Of a stretch of 64,000 nucleotides of DNA, positions 10,831-24,827 are shown piece after piece. The DNA is taken from NCBI RefSeq assembly GCF_963676685.1, contig NC_092344.1, positions 101,370,001-101,434,000 of the forward strand. Reading direction: 5' to 3'. The number at the start of each line of letters is the position of its first letter. The stretch's first letter is position 1. The position numbers were made by a program, and so were the translations under genes. The DNA is from Mytilus edulis. Its lineage: Eukaryota. The notes under the pieces were generated by a model. That model saw nothing but the letters and a program-made list of their open reading frames with translations, made no database searches and was not told the DNA's origin.

Positions 10831-11999
10831 GTATTGTGTATACATGTACATGTAAGTGTGATATCAAAGAGTTGAGACAAACTAATGAGAACAGACTCTG
10901 AAATTCAGCAATTTCCTAAACTGTTAAGGGGCATAACTGTACGTAGGAAGTTAAAAGTGACACCACCAAAATTCAAACTTGATCTGTGTTTGTGGTAATA
11001 AAGCATTGTGTTTAAGTTTAACAACATTTGATTAAGGCATTGAAACTGTACTTGGGGAACAGAAACCAACTTTTAGAAGTATGGACGTATAACTGGATTC
11101 AAGTAAAACTTTATACTGGTTCTACTTAAACTTGTGATTTCACAAATTTGTGAACAGAAACTATGGCGAAGTCAATAGACCATGATTGAAGGCGTGTAAC
11201 CAAATAATCCAAGATTAATATATGTATTGACAAGGGAATTGCGTAAGAAATTGCAAGGTATTAAGGTACTTGATGTTTCAATGCAAATTAATTTTTTCCT
11301 AATAAAATTATATAAAGTAAATAGCTGCATAACAGGAAGAATGCTGTTTGAAGCCTGAAATGATTTGGTTAACTGGAAGTACAATATACTTCATAATTAA
11401 TACCACTTCTGAGGGGGAAAATACATAGCTAATTTACTACTATAGTACACATGCAAAAAGGGAGGCATATTATGCATGTTTCATCTTTTCATAATTTTCA
11501 ACAATTCTAAACTACTCAACAATTCTAAACTACTGATAAAAATTGTAAACTGTTTCTTACCTTCGGAAAGTGGATTGCGTTCACTTTACTACATATACAT
11601 ATAAATATGGTCAACAATACTGCAACACCTAGGATAAATAGGATATTGTTTTTAAAATAGATTCAGAAATAAGCAGTCAATATTCAAAGCAGAATTTAAA
11701 TATATGAAGAATTAAACGTTCCCATTGACTCAAATGATGTCGACCCCTTTAAACACAACATTCAATGGGACATAACTCAAGTATCATTAAATTGACACTT
11801 CTCAATTTCATACTTATTATGTAGTAATCAGTATGTATTGTGTAAAGGTCTCGTAACATTTAACATTTGCAGGTTTTGGATTTATAGTGGGAAATAACTC
11901 AATAATGATTATAAAGTGACACCAAAAAAATATCAACTTGATTTGTGTTTTATGATAAAATACATTGCGTATAAGTTTCAGGACATTTGGTTGTAGCAA

Positions 12000-12880
12000 A
12001 ATTAGTTATGTGGAAGTCTTATGCAATAATCATAAATAGTTTCTGAGAAAGTTTTAAGCGAAAACCATATATTGATTTTGAGACACAGCTGGACATGTGA
12101 ACCCCCCCCCCCCCCCCCCACCACCACCCTCACCTGGGTTTTTTTCTTCCAAAAAACTAAATATTACTTAAATAAAATTTTGAATTAAAACCAAATAGTT
12201 TACAGATCTTAAGATTAATATAAGCAAAGAAGTGTGTAAAGTTTTAAGCAACAATCATAAATTATTTTTGAGATACAGTGCGACATGTAAAAAACTCTCC
12301 CCTCTTTTACAAAATACTCAATAACTCAAAAATAAAATTTTGAATCAATCAGCAAAAAGTACACAGATCTTTAGATGAATAAAACAAAGAAGTGTGTAAA
12401 GTTTATAGCAGTAATCATAAATCATTTTTAAAATACTAATAACTCAAAATTTGAATCATCACCAAAAAGTATACAGATCTTTAGGATAATATAACAAAGA
12501 CATGTGTAAAGTTTGAAGCAAAAATCATAATTTGTTTTTGAGATATGGCCGACATGGAAAAAAACCTCCCCCTTTTTTACAAAATACCCAACAATTCAAA
12601 AATGAAATTTTGAATCATCACCAAAAAGTACACAGATATTGAGATTAATATAACTAAGAAATGTTTAAAGTTTTAAGTCATAATCACGAATGGTTTTTGA
12701 GATACAGTGTGATAAAGACACCCCCCCCCCCCCCCCTGTTTAGTTATAAAGTGCAGTAACTCAACAATTTTATTTTCACCAAAAACAGATCATTTGACCA
12801 TCATAAGGAACAACTATATTAAATTTCATGGCATTTGGATAAGTCGTTCTCAAGTTATGGTGAGACATGTTTACGTCAGA
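12000..12880. repeat. Degenerate ~150-bp tandem repeats (HINE-core-like) with poly-C tracts
   Basis: Recurrent ttttgaatcatcaccaaaaagtacacagatct...aagaagtgtgtaaagttttaagc..taatcataa units at about 12180, 12340, 12450 and 12610. Confidence 0.7.
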
Positions 12881-13527
12881 CACCGATTGGTAACAAAGTA
12901 CAACATGATTAATGGAATTTTTTGCGTTGCTATTAAATCATTGAAACCACGTGATTGAGGCCATCTATTTTTATTGCGGGTTCCACATATCTAAATCGGA
13001 ATTATAGAAAAAATGGAATTTTGTGAGCAGAATCAAAACAGAAATGATGAACACTGCAACATTTCCATCAAAATAAAAATAGGATGGAGGATCTGTGTAT
13101 TCACATTATTTGTAAAACTCTCCTTCTTCCTGTGAAGCGTGTGCTTTACATCGAGGCTTATTATGCTAAGCATCGACGCCACAGTACTTCAACCAATCAG
13201 ACAATGTTTATTTGGGGCATTCTATCTAATTTTACTCAGATTTTGGAATATTTTAATCGAAATTATAGAAAAATGGAACATTGTTAGTACATATAAAATA
13301 GAAAAAGATGAATACTTTTAGCTGGAGATAATTTGGATGGGGGTTCTGTGTATTCACATTATTTGCACAACTCTCCTTACTGATGCCATATTTTGGAATT
13401 TCCGTGACCTAAATGGTTCGCGAAAATTAATATTTTTATATATAGTATAGTAATAAGAAACGAGTGACCAGCGAAAAATAATGTTATTCCAATTCTTGAA
13501 CCAATGCATACAAACATCTTAAACTTA

Positions 13528-15020
13528 GGCCGTGTTCACACCAAACGCCGTGTAGAGTAAACATGTTTACAATTAGTTTAGTGAAGTGTGCACTGGTTTC
13601 ACATTACATTTGTTCACATCTATACACATTGTTTAGCTACCTGTACATAAGATTTGTTCTCACTTGTAAACTATGTGTCATTTAAATGTTCATTACGTAG
13701 AACTGAACAACCATTTGACTTCAAAAGGGGGGGTGGGGGGGGGGGGGGAATGGAAATATTCCGATCCCCAATTTGATAAAAAAAAAAATGATCATACAGA
13801 TGATAAAAGAAATATTCTGAATCAAAGAGTTTCCCCATACATTATAGTGTTAAATATTGAAAAAAATGTATTTGATCAACAGCATCGAAAAAAAGGAATA
13901 AAAACGTACGCGCGAAAAAAAATCTTACTCAGATAAAAAAAAAATAACCCTCCCCCTTTTTAAGTTAAGTGGTTACTACTTTATGAAAGCCATTTTTATA
14001 ATTTGCAGTAGTTTGAATATACTAGAGATGTCTCGATTACGCACTAGAAAACGTTAGCTGCAACAGCGTGCTTACAGCCGAAAAAAAAGGATTGAGTTAT
14101 TAGGGATCTCTAAATTTTTATCTTTTCTGTTTGTTTCAAATGGTATTTCTTCTCCCAGGAGTATTTGGTAAAAGAATAGGGTCACGTTTTTTTAAAATTT
14201 ATTTTAAGTGTTATTTAACGGATTTCAGATACTAGACAAACATATCATTTACCCCACACTTTTTTTAGTCATGCATTTATGCGTGAATCGTTGTTTGAGT
14301 AAAGACCAGTGGCAAATATTTCTATGTACGTCAAGTCGATTCGGGAAGACCTTTTCAAATGAATTAGGCAGCAACTATTTACTTCATTTTTTAGGGAGGG
14401 AAAAGGGGGGTAGAGGGGCGTGGGCTATTGATTTTTCCAGGACAAATTTTGGTGACAAGTCGAAATCAATTTTAGCATTATATATATAAAGTGGCAGCTG
14501 AGGGTGAAACAAACAATTTTTTTTTCAGGGTCAAAAACTGGAAACATTTTTTGTTTCCAAAAACAAAATCCATAGCTCACCCCCCACCCCCTTGCCTTTA
14601 TGTTTTATACTCAACTATAATAGCCCCACCCCCATGCCTTTGGGTTCGGCAATGATGCTGCTTTGAGTCTTAATCAGGGGTTAATAAAGTACGTGAATTT
14701 GTTTTTAACAAAAAAAAATCTGTAAAATTTAGACAACAATTTCTGTAAAGAACTATACTAATAATTATCAAAAATATCAATTTTACTCAAAAATAGTTTC
14801 CTCCTTAAATATATACACGGTAAAACTAATGTCCTAAATGCCTAGTTTTGTGTACACTTAACCTACACAAGGCCTACATTGACTATCGACTGTGTGTAGA
14901 TAAAACATGATTTAAACTACATGTAAACATTGAGTTTTATCAATGGGAACGCAATTGTGTTTAGTTTACGTGTGAGTTACACTAACACAACACCGAATTT
15001 AGGTCAATGTGAACACGGCC
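13528..15020. mobile_element. PIF/Harbinger non-autonomous element with nested MITE fragments
   Basis: 13-bp TIR GGCCGTGTTCACA / TGTGAACACGGCC, with TTA TSD at 13525-27 and 15021-23. Confidence 0.88.
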
Positions 15021-18000
15021 TTAGTCTTCTGTGCACGATTTTATCATTTTTTTTCGTGTAAATTTCGTATAATCGTTATTTTTTTTTCAATCGGTCAGTG
15101 TTGTTGTGAAAATATGGCAGGTAATTAAAGTTCGTGTTTTGAAGCCGAAGTTTAACGATTGTCACCTGTTTGTCAACAATCGACAAAAAATCAACAAAAA
15201 AGGATGGAAATTGAGCACGTGTTTAACATGTAAATCCAGATAATAGTTTATTTTAAGGACATCCATGCGTATTGTGATCACCGGATTTTTACGAGATGGG
15301 TCACACTGAGGTCACTTTGCATACGGAAAATATGTCGGGGGGGGGGGGGGGGAAATGTTTCCTGGAAGGAAGGAAGCAATTAAAATAAAGTAAACATCTT
15401 CTTAATATGAATAAATTAAAGAATTTTCTTCAGAAAAAAGTATATGTATATAAGTTTTATAATGAAAACTATCCATTGAGTTATAAAAAAAGTATGCATT
15501 ATTTGTTTTGATTTGAGATTTCTTATGACTTTAATAACGGTTTATAGTGTTCTTTCAACTTCTCTTTGATAATTATTAACCTTTACTTTAAGTCCAGTTT
15601 TGTAAATATCCCTTTGGCTTTTCTCGGTATACATCTCGCCATTTTGGTATATTTTTGTATTAATGTCTTTTCATTATTGCTTATATGCTTTGTCTATTAT
15701 ATGCCGCCAAGTTTTTCTATCTTGACTAGCTGTAAAATCAGATTTAATCTACCATTTACTACGTAAATAAATTCATGTACCAAGTCTGGAATTTTATAGG
15801 TTTTTTTTTTATCTTTTGATTTTGCCATTTGAAAAAGAATTTTTCGTTTGAAATTTTCTTCTGAGTTCGGTATTTTTGTTATCCTACTATTAACAACTGT
15901 GGTTATATTAAAGTAATTGTCAATAGTTGTAATGAAGTCTAGAGTATTCGTTTGTGATTATTTGTCAATTATATCATCTGAGTATGCTTTCAGTTTTTAT
16001 CTCCATTGTGTATACCTGTATATTTGATTTTTTTTGTACTTTGTTCACGAAGTAAATATGTAATATTGTTTTACTCTACTATACACACTATCAAAAATTG
16101 TTCTTACATTTCCCTACTCATTCGGTATTCAATAACTTGCAGGTGCTGACGAATCTTTATAAAACAACACCAGTTTCTGGAGTGAAAGTTTATGAGCCAA
16201 ATTTAATGTGTCAAAGAACGTCTCGACCTGGTTTTTTTTTAAATGTTCATTGGAAGATAACAAAACCTTGTTGGTAATGACTTTGTATCAACTTTTCAAA
16301 TAATACATGATAGTCTTGAAGTAAAGACTTTGGGTACTGTCGTTGTTTATGGTGTTGATTACGTGTTAAATTTTGTAGTATTATTGTTGATATTCACCCC
16401 AAATTTACCAAATTTTAGAACAGTTTCATTGCTATACAAGAAGTTTCGTGGTGTTCCTAAACGAAAGGAAATACAGACAGAAGAAATGTACATAATAACA
16501 AAATGATTTTTATTTACCTGTGTATAAAAAAAAAATTCAGGGTTGATGTATTTTTCTAAAATTGTTAAAAGTTATTAGCTGTTTAATACTTTTACTTTTA
16601 TTATTTATCGCTTAATTTATTTAAATTTTTATTTCCATTGTATCATAGATAAAATTTATTCGTTCTGTGTATGTTCATTTGGGTTAAGTAACTACGTCTT
16701 TTGATTGATTTAAGCCATTTCAAGTGATATTTTATAGTGTCTTTCTATGTTGTGATGTTACACTATTGGTTCAGATAAGGGTGAAGACTTGGTACAATTT
16801 AAACCCGCTGCAATTGTTTGCATCTGTCCTAAGTCAGGAATCTGATGGTCAGAAGTTGTCGTTTGTTGATGTGGTTGATAAGTGTTTTTCGTTTCTCGTT
16901 TTTTATATAAATTAGACCGGTAGTTTTCCTGTTTGAATGGTTTTACACTAGTAATGTTGTGGGGCCACTTTAATATAGCTTGCTTATCGGTGTGAGCCAA
17001 GGCTCCGTTTTGAAGACCGTACTTTGACCTATACAAATGGTTTACTTTTATGAATTGTGACTTGGATGGAGAGTTGTCTCATTGACACTCAAACCTCATC
17101 TTCTTGAAGTTTCCCTTTATTTGTCCTTGTATGTTTTTAACCTTTACTTTACTTTTATTATATACTTAAAACGTTCCGCCATTGTAGTACTATGGTAAAC
17201 ATTTGATTTTTGTCAAAAAACGGGGAGAAAAGAAATGTCATAAAGGTAGGATACTTTTTTACGTAGCTATAAAACTAGCTTTCACCCTCAATTTCCTTCA
17301 TAAAATGCTATTACCAAGTCAGAAATATGACAGTTGTTTTCCACTCGTTTCATTGTTTGACATGGCTGAGCGTTCGATTTTGTCAGGTTTTATGTATTTT
17401 ATGTTCGGTAAATAAAATCCCCTTGTATGGATTTACCTAGGAGACCGGTTTGTTTTCATACTTCATTCTCTCTTGTATACGATTTATATATTTAACACAA
17501 GGTTTATTCTGTATATTACAAAATATGTGAACTTTAGCTTAACACTCTCGTAGAAAGCTAAATCACTCTAGCGCGACCCCGAAGAAGACACCGTACACAT
17601 GACCTGAATCCTCAAAGTGAGAGATTTAATGCTTCTTCTAAATGCATGAAACTTTTATTCGGTCGGTTATTATTCATTGTCTCAACAAGATGTTACAGAA
17701 AGGTGTATTTTGTATTTTAGAGTACGGATGGAATTTTTTTTAAAGATATACAAATTCACATCACATCTATCCAAAATGTTATAAAGTGCTTTATACCTGG
17801 AAAAAAAATATCACGTCTTTCTTTTATTAACACCGGTAAGTATTGAAGATGCAAAAATTTACGAACATTTTTAGTGAAAATTGAGTTTTCATGTAATTCT
17901 GACAGGTAATTACTATGGTTTGAGATATTCAAATTCTACATGAATGCCTTGGAACCCGGATTTAAGATGGTCTTATCACACAGCAATGCTTAAATTAATA

Positions 18001-18664
18001 TTACGGATGTCATCTTTTCAGTAGATTATTGAATTTAACGTGAACAATATACTGCACATGTCAGATTCCATATGCACTAGTTATTTCTTAGAATAAAGCA
18101 TAATCAACAGCTCAAAAGGATAGACAAGAGGAACCAGTACATTTTATTAGTTCAAAATTGAAAAGAAGAAAGAAGCTGCACGACTGTTACTAAAGAATGA
18201 TAATAGATTGTTTAAGACGAACCTTCACTCAGTATAGTGGTGATGTGCACTTTCAAATAAAGGCTTTTACTGAAACAGTTGTTGATCTCCTCCAAATGTT
18301 ATTATTTTTATCAAAGTTCGAAAAAAAAGAAGTAATTGGTGAATGTAAAACAAACATAAAGAAAAAAAATAAAAGGATTATTATAACTTTGTACACTTGA
18401 TGTGCGATTCGTCTACAGAAGACATATGTATAAAAATGTGTATGACGGTTGCATGGCAACTTGTTTCAATTTGTTCTCTCTAAAAGAATACTGGTTGCTC
18501 GTATGGTGTTACTTTTCAATTAAAACATCGTTAATAGATTTCTTATACATAATCTTCACTAACATGAATACTATTAGTGTCATCATTTATAGATGTGACC
18601 AATTTCAACAAAGAACTTTGTGCAATAAGCTCATCATAGATACCAGGATTAAATTTAGTATATA

Positions 18665-18706
18665 CGCCAGACGCGCGTTTCGTCTACAAAAGACTCATCA
18701 GTGACA
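18665..18706 (-). ncRNA. Minimal type I hammerhead ribozyme in a retrozyme-like unit (~18628-18870)
   Basis: The minus strand reads tgtca-CTGATGA-GTCT tttgt AGAC-GAAA-CGCGCG-TC-tggcg: full catalytic core, stem II, palindromic short stem III and stem I. Confidence 0.88.
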
Positions 18707-19712
18707 CTCGAATCCAAAAAACTTAAAAAGGCCAAAAAAAGTACGAAGTTGACGAGCATACAGAACAAACATTCCTAAAAGTTTTGCCAAATACAGCTAA
18801 GGTAATCTATGCCTGAGGTAGAAAAGCCTTAGTATTTCAAAAAATTCAAAAACTTGTAAACAGTAAATTTTATATACATGTTTGTCAGAAATGCTCTCAA
18901 AAATGATACTTTTACCCAGTACGTTTAAATAAATAATACGATTGCCTATGAGATTACTACCACAGATAGTCTACATAAAGCAAATTTAAGCAAATATAGG
19001 TCGCCGTACAGCCATCAATAATGAGCAAAACCCATATAATACTTCAGTCCCTACACATGACAAAAAGTGCACGATTTCAAAAAAAAACGTGGCGTGATCT
19101 ATGACAAAGCGATTAACGAAAAAAAAGTACTAGCATGGCAGAGAGCAACAAACGATAGCCACTTAAATACAGGTTCCTATGATATGAGGCGTGAGCGCTT
19201 AACCACTTCCTAACCTGGGACAGTGGTGTAACAGCACAATATGGAACAAAAACGTAGTAACAAAGTTGAAAATTACTTGAATCATCAGATCGACCTGAAT
19301 CCAAAAAAAAAGAAATACGCATTAAAAAGGCAAAAGTTGTTAAGTATCGATATCAGAGTACTCTGAGTCACGGTAAAGCTAATTCAAAGCAAATAAATTA
19401 AATCTCTGAGACTAAAGTATCAATCAGAACGCATTCAACAGATGCAATGAAAGTACGTCATAACAAGTCTCAATCCGAGCTCGAGAAAGGCATGTCATAG
19501 TTTCAATGCAAAATGATAAGTATATGATATTGACAGAATTGAATTCAATGAAAATGAATATTAAGTAGTCCTGTTTTAATTTATCGAAGCTAATCTAAGT
19601 AAGTATCCATAATATGGATCGTATCTTAATCTCCGAGATTTATAAACGACATTACAGTTAAACTTTAAAAGGCAATATTTGTATCTATAAAGGACCAGTT
19701 ATTATATTTTAA

Positions 19713-20834
19713 CTAGAACACACCCGCGAAATCGCGGGCATTCAGAGCGTAGTTTAAAGTATGTAAAGTGTTGTTGGAAGAATTTTGTAAAATATTGAAT
19801 GACTGGAGAATTTCAGCAAAAGTATCATAAGTCATATATAGGTTATTTGGGACAGGAAAATGCTTTTTTTTTTTTTTTTTTTTTAATCCCTCCTCCTTTA
19901 TTTCCAAAATTCCCAATTTTTGGTTTTCTATCAATTTCAATATGAACATAATTTTCATTTAGTATGTTATGAACATTTAAGTAAGGAGCCTAGCTGTAAT
20001 TCAGTGGTTTTCGTTCGTTTATGTGTTACATATTTGTTTTTCGTTCACTTTTTGTACATAAATAAGGCCGCACGTTTTCTGGTTTGAATTGTTTTACATT
20101 GTCAGTTCGGGGCCTTTTGAAGCTGAGTATGCGGTATGGGCTTTGCTCGTTGTTGAAGGTCGTACGGTGACCTGTAGTTGTTAATTTCTGTGTCATATTG
20201 GTCTCTTGTGGAGAGTTGTCTCAACATTGCAATCATACCACATCTTCTTTTTTTTGTAATCAATGAATTTTGTAAAAGATTTAATGACTGGAGAATTTCA
20301 GAAAAGGTATCAAAAGTTCACATGAATATTTTTAGCGCTTATCTGTATCAAGGAATTGTATATTCAAATATACAATTCCTTGTCTGTATATTATGAACAT
20401 TCATTACTATATAAATATAGTGTATTTACTTTCAATTCTAAGTTTACTAATCGATCCATGGTGGTCATTGATATAGTATACAGACCCTCTCTATTTAATA
20501 AACTCTGTGACCGCCGTGGATAGTAAACTTGAAAATGATAGCAGATAGAATTCTGAAAATACACTTTATTCTTTGTATATGTATGTTAAAAATATACAGA
20601 AAACGCAAACCGGAAGTCTAATCTGACTTAAAATTTTGTCCAATGACGGGACAATATCCGGATGCCTTTTTTCTCGTTTTTCTCCCAAAATAACTCAATC
20701 TGAATAATCATATGAATGGATGACAAATGCGACTATGCACTGTACCTATAGGACACAGAGGCGTGTTGATTAATTTATTGTGGAAAGGAGAGAAGCGACA
20801 CCAAAAATGAGGTCTTCTCGTTTAATAGTATAGA
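19713..20834 (-). mobile_element. Non-autonomous Helitron
   Basis: On the minus strand it starts A|TCTATACTATTAAA and ends with hairpin cccgcgatttcgcggg plus gtgttCTAG|T. A SINE-like repeat is nested at ~19985-20255. Confidence 0.85.
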
Positions 20835-21380
20835 TAACGTTCATCGAAAAGTGAAATATCAATACAGACATGTGTATAGCGAACTTGTTGAAAAATGAAC
20901 GGTTTACTCCTGGTTTGCCCACTTTTAATTCTACCAATTATCTATTAGTTATGAAAACAAAAAAGACAAAAGGTTTAATGAGCATACAATTGTATAGTCT
21001 GTTCCAACTTCGGTAAATAGTTTGTAAGTGTTTTCCAAACATTCAGGTTGTTTTATTGTATAGCAAAATTATAAAAAAATCAAATATTTTTTCTCAGTCA
21101 TTTAATATCAATTCAATCAATTAATTCAACATACATATACAGCAAATAACTAAAAAATGATATTGACTTATAAAAGTGTCTTTGTGTTCATTAGTTTCTG
21201 AATGATTTTCATTTATACACTGAGTACTCTTTTATTGCAAACTTTATGTAATAAATTAATTAATTTTATAAATGCATTGCATAAGGAAATCAATTAAGCA
21301 CAGAAAAGTAAATAAGGGCACTACATGTAAAATGATGAGAAATACAATCTTTTATATATACATCAAAAGTAACAAAACAT

Positions 21381-21835
21381 TTAGAATCATATTCAAAACA
21401 GTGTAGCTGTGGCCATTGATTGACGACCTTAAATTGTCCCATTGACTGGGACAGATTAGGTGAACGTGTGTCTGTAACGACAACTGCTCACTACTTACTT
21501 ATTATAGGATTTAAACTGTGGGGTCACCAAAGGTTCTTAACTCCTTTGATATTAAAATATTCGAAAAGTTAATTAGGAATAACCCTATGTTTTGATTTAT
21601 ATTATTGATATAGATTTCTAAATCAAAACATCGTGTTATTCCTGATTAGTTTTTCTAATTTCTTCATTTAGGTGTTGAGAACCTTTTGTGACCCCACAGT
21701 TTAAGTGTCTTTAACAAGTACATAGTGAGCAGCGGTCGTTACAGACAAACGTTCACATAATCTGCCCCAGTCAATGGGATAATTTAAGGTCGTCAATCAA
21801 TGGCCACAGCTACACTGTTTTGAATATGATTCTAA
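21381..21835. mobile_element. Foldback MITE (~455-bp near-perfect palindrome) nested in the MULE
   Basis: About 215-bp inverted arms, ttagaatcatattcaaaacagtgtagctgtggccattgattgacg... / ...cgtcaatcaatggccacagctacactgttttgaatatgattctaa. Confidence 0.9.
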
Positions 21836-22459
21836 TATATTTGCAAAGTCACAATTAACAATAATTCACTTCATTGTTCAGTTCAAATGGAGAAGATGGG
21901 ATGTTGCGTCAGAGTAATCTACCACGTTGTTGGGTCCTTGTTGGTATCTGTATATGAGTCTGGTGTCTATTACTCTGTATGGTCGTCTTTAAGGTGAACG
22001 GGTTCCTCCTGCTGCAAACTGGATAATGTTGCATTCTGTTAAATAAAGTGCTTTTGTCTTCTTCAGTAGCTCAATGATCTCGTAGATGTTTGGGTGGGCG
22101 TGTTTGAGTCGCTTCTTATGTTTGTTGTGCCATCCTTCCAGGTGATTTGTGCATGGTGCGGGGTCCTTCTGTGTAATAGTGGTTCCATAGAAAGCGGTAG
22201 TTTTCAACCAAAAACGTCACGTAATCTGCAAATGAACTTGTAGCGGGTATGTTTTCAGTTTCTCTAATGTCTTCTAAAGTGTTTAGCCAAACATCTTCAA
22301 CAAGGTGGGGTGGAACAAGAGGTACCAGTAGTACTGCGGCTCGTCGTATCAGTTAAGTAATGTCTTCATTTTCTTTATAATAGGACTAGTCCATATTTCT
22401 GTGCCTTTCGCCATATACACTGTGTGAAGTGGAAGAAGCAGCCTTTCACGGTTATCCCT

Positions 22460-23192
22460 CATATCCAGAAATCAACGCCACTTTGCTTATTTGAATATTA
22501 TACTAAAGAAATCGGATACGGGTCACGGAAATTACATTAAAATGATAGGGAATTTTGAAAAAAGGTCTGTTTTAATTTTGATTTAAGTGATAGACAGGTT
22601 GCCGGGGCAGAACATGAATATACACAACAATATACACCATTTAAACGAAACATAATGACTGTTGTTGCAAAAATACAGGTTCCTGAGCTATTTTAAAAAT
22701 CGAAGCGAGAGGCTTTTAACATTGCAGTGTAAAATACAGGCTAAAATGGCTGAAACGTCAAATTTGCAAACTTCGTGTTGAAAATTGGCTTACAAGGACA
22801 TTACAAAAACAGGTTGCCGGGATGAAATATGAAACTTGAATTTCCAAAGAATAAGCAAGTCCAAACCTTGTATGTGTAGTCGTTGAACTCTGGGTTCCCA
22901 CGTAAAACTAAAATGTCACTATTTCAAAAAGAATAAACTCACGAAAGCACGAAAAATTCACTAAATTCGCGTTCATTGTTTTGATTTTGACCGCCTGACA
23001 ACTTTACGGAAATATCAAAGTGATTGTAAATAAGGACTCTGTGACGGGCAACTTATAATATCCGTGTTTTAAAGATTTTAATGATATCAAGCCTATCAAG
23101 CCAGTCCAGTTCAAAGTACTATCACGTGGTACAATTCTCATTTACATATTATGAATATTAATTAGCAAAACCACTACTAATTTCTGGCTATG
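22460..23192. mobile_element. Unclassified TIR element interrupting the MULE transposase
   Basis: Termini CATATCCAGAAAT / ATTTCTGGCTATG (12/13 match). Removing it brings ...TVCP and ITVKGCFFH back together. Confidence 0.65.
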
Positions 23193-24827
23193 TGGACATA
23201 CTGTCTGTGTTGCGTTGTTGGTTGCTGTCTCGTAGTCAATAGATAGTGTTTCTGGTTGAAGCTGTAACTGGTGTTGTTGATCAATGGCTACTGAACAGTT
23301 GCATTTATATTCTAGTTGTTAAATTTTATTGAATAATTTTATATTTTACTAAATTTGAAACATTGTATTGTATTGAAATTTAAAAAAAATAAGTTGAGTA
23401 AATTTAAAGATATATTTAAATGAGATTTATTCTATTTAATCTTTAGTTTCATTATTTTACTTTTCACCTTTTTTCAGAATGTACCAATAATTAAAAATAT
23501 TTGTTTATAAATTGAAATATTTATTCATTTTAGTACACATTTTCCCTATTTTTTTTAATAAAATACATTATCCTGCCAAATATATATGAAATACAGAATT
23601 TTTTTGAACATTTTCCTTGATTTAATAGCAGAATATAAATTATTCTTTTTAAATTTTACAGGTAAAATATAAGGTGAAAAATATGACAATAATTCAGAAA
23701 TAAACTATAATTGTTAAAACAACAATTCCCTCTATGTTTACATATACATGTAATTAAAAGTGGGCAAACCAGGATGACACCAAATGAACACACTATGAGA
23801 AGGGGCATCACCGTTCAAAAAAAGAAAAATCAACCATTAGAAGTAAATAATCGTGTGTTTTGTTTTATTATTATTTGATTTCTTTTTATTTCCCGTGTGT
23901 AACTGGAAAATTAAAAAAGAACAATATAATGGTTAATATTAGTTACATTTCGATGCTTCATTATTTATAGAAAACATCAATGATACAATGAGTGTTTTAT
24001 CAATTCAAACTAAGTTCAACTTTATTGTGATTCATAACCATCTTGAACAAGGCTGACTGTTATTAAAGTGGCACAATTTGTCCCAACGGGAGCACATAAA
24101 TCCAGTCGATAAAGTTTATTAACGAAAACAACATCGTCTGAGAGAAATTTACAACTTTAGATATCTCAAAACATTTCCAATAAGTAGGTCTTATAAAAAA
24201 AGAAGATGTGGTATGATTGCCAATGAGACAACCGTCCACAAGAGACCAAACTGACACAGAAATTAACAACTATAGGTCACCGTACGGCCATCAATAATGA
24301 GCAAAGCCCATACCGCGTAGTCAGCTATAAAAGGCCCCAAAATGACGGTATAAAACAATTCAAACGAGTCAATGATCGGATTCGGATGTATAAATACATA
24401 GCCACGCCAAAAGTATATTACCAAACATGGTCTAAACAGTAAAGGTTAACAATATATAAAGTCATTAAAAGAACACTATAACACGTCATAAAGTTTAGAT
24501 AGCAATTGTAAGCTCTTGCATAATGAGTTGTAAAATGTATATCCCATATGTAGGTGGAGAAAATTTAACGCCGTATGGTATACAAAAGTAGTACATTTAT
24601 AACAAATACTACCATTTTTAAATTGAAAAGCATTGTGGATTATTTCTTTTAGACAATTTTTCAACTCACATGGGAAATAATGGGATACAGGATTGAAATA
24701 ATTAAAAGAATCCACACATGATTTAGCTACGCGAGTCAACAATTTCACAGTATTTCTAAATACCCTCTTTCACTGTTGAAAAAAACTTTTTCAATCTAAT
24801 GGAAACTTTCTTTGTAGAACATGCAGA

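Larger units (their letters stand above)
20901..23781 (-). mobile_element. MULE (Mutator-like) transposon remnant
   Basis: TIRs ggtttactcctggtttgcccacttttaatt / aattaaaagtgggcaaaccaggatgacacc and 8-bp TSD AAATGAAC. Transposase remnants: IDYETATNNATQTVCP, KGCFFHFTQCIWRK, TNHLEGWHNK...HPNIYEIIELLK. Confidence 0.88.
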
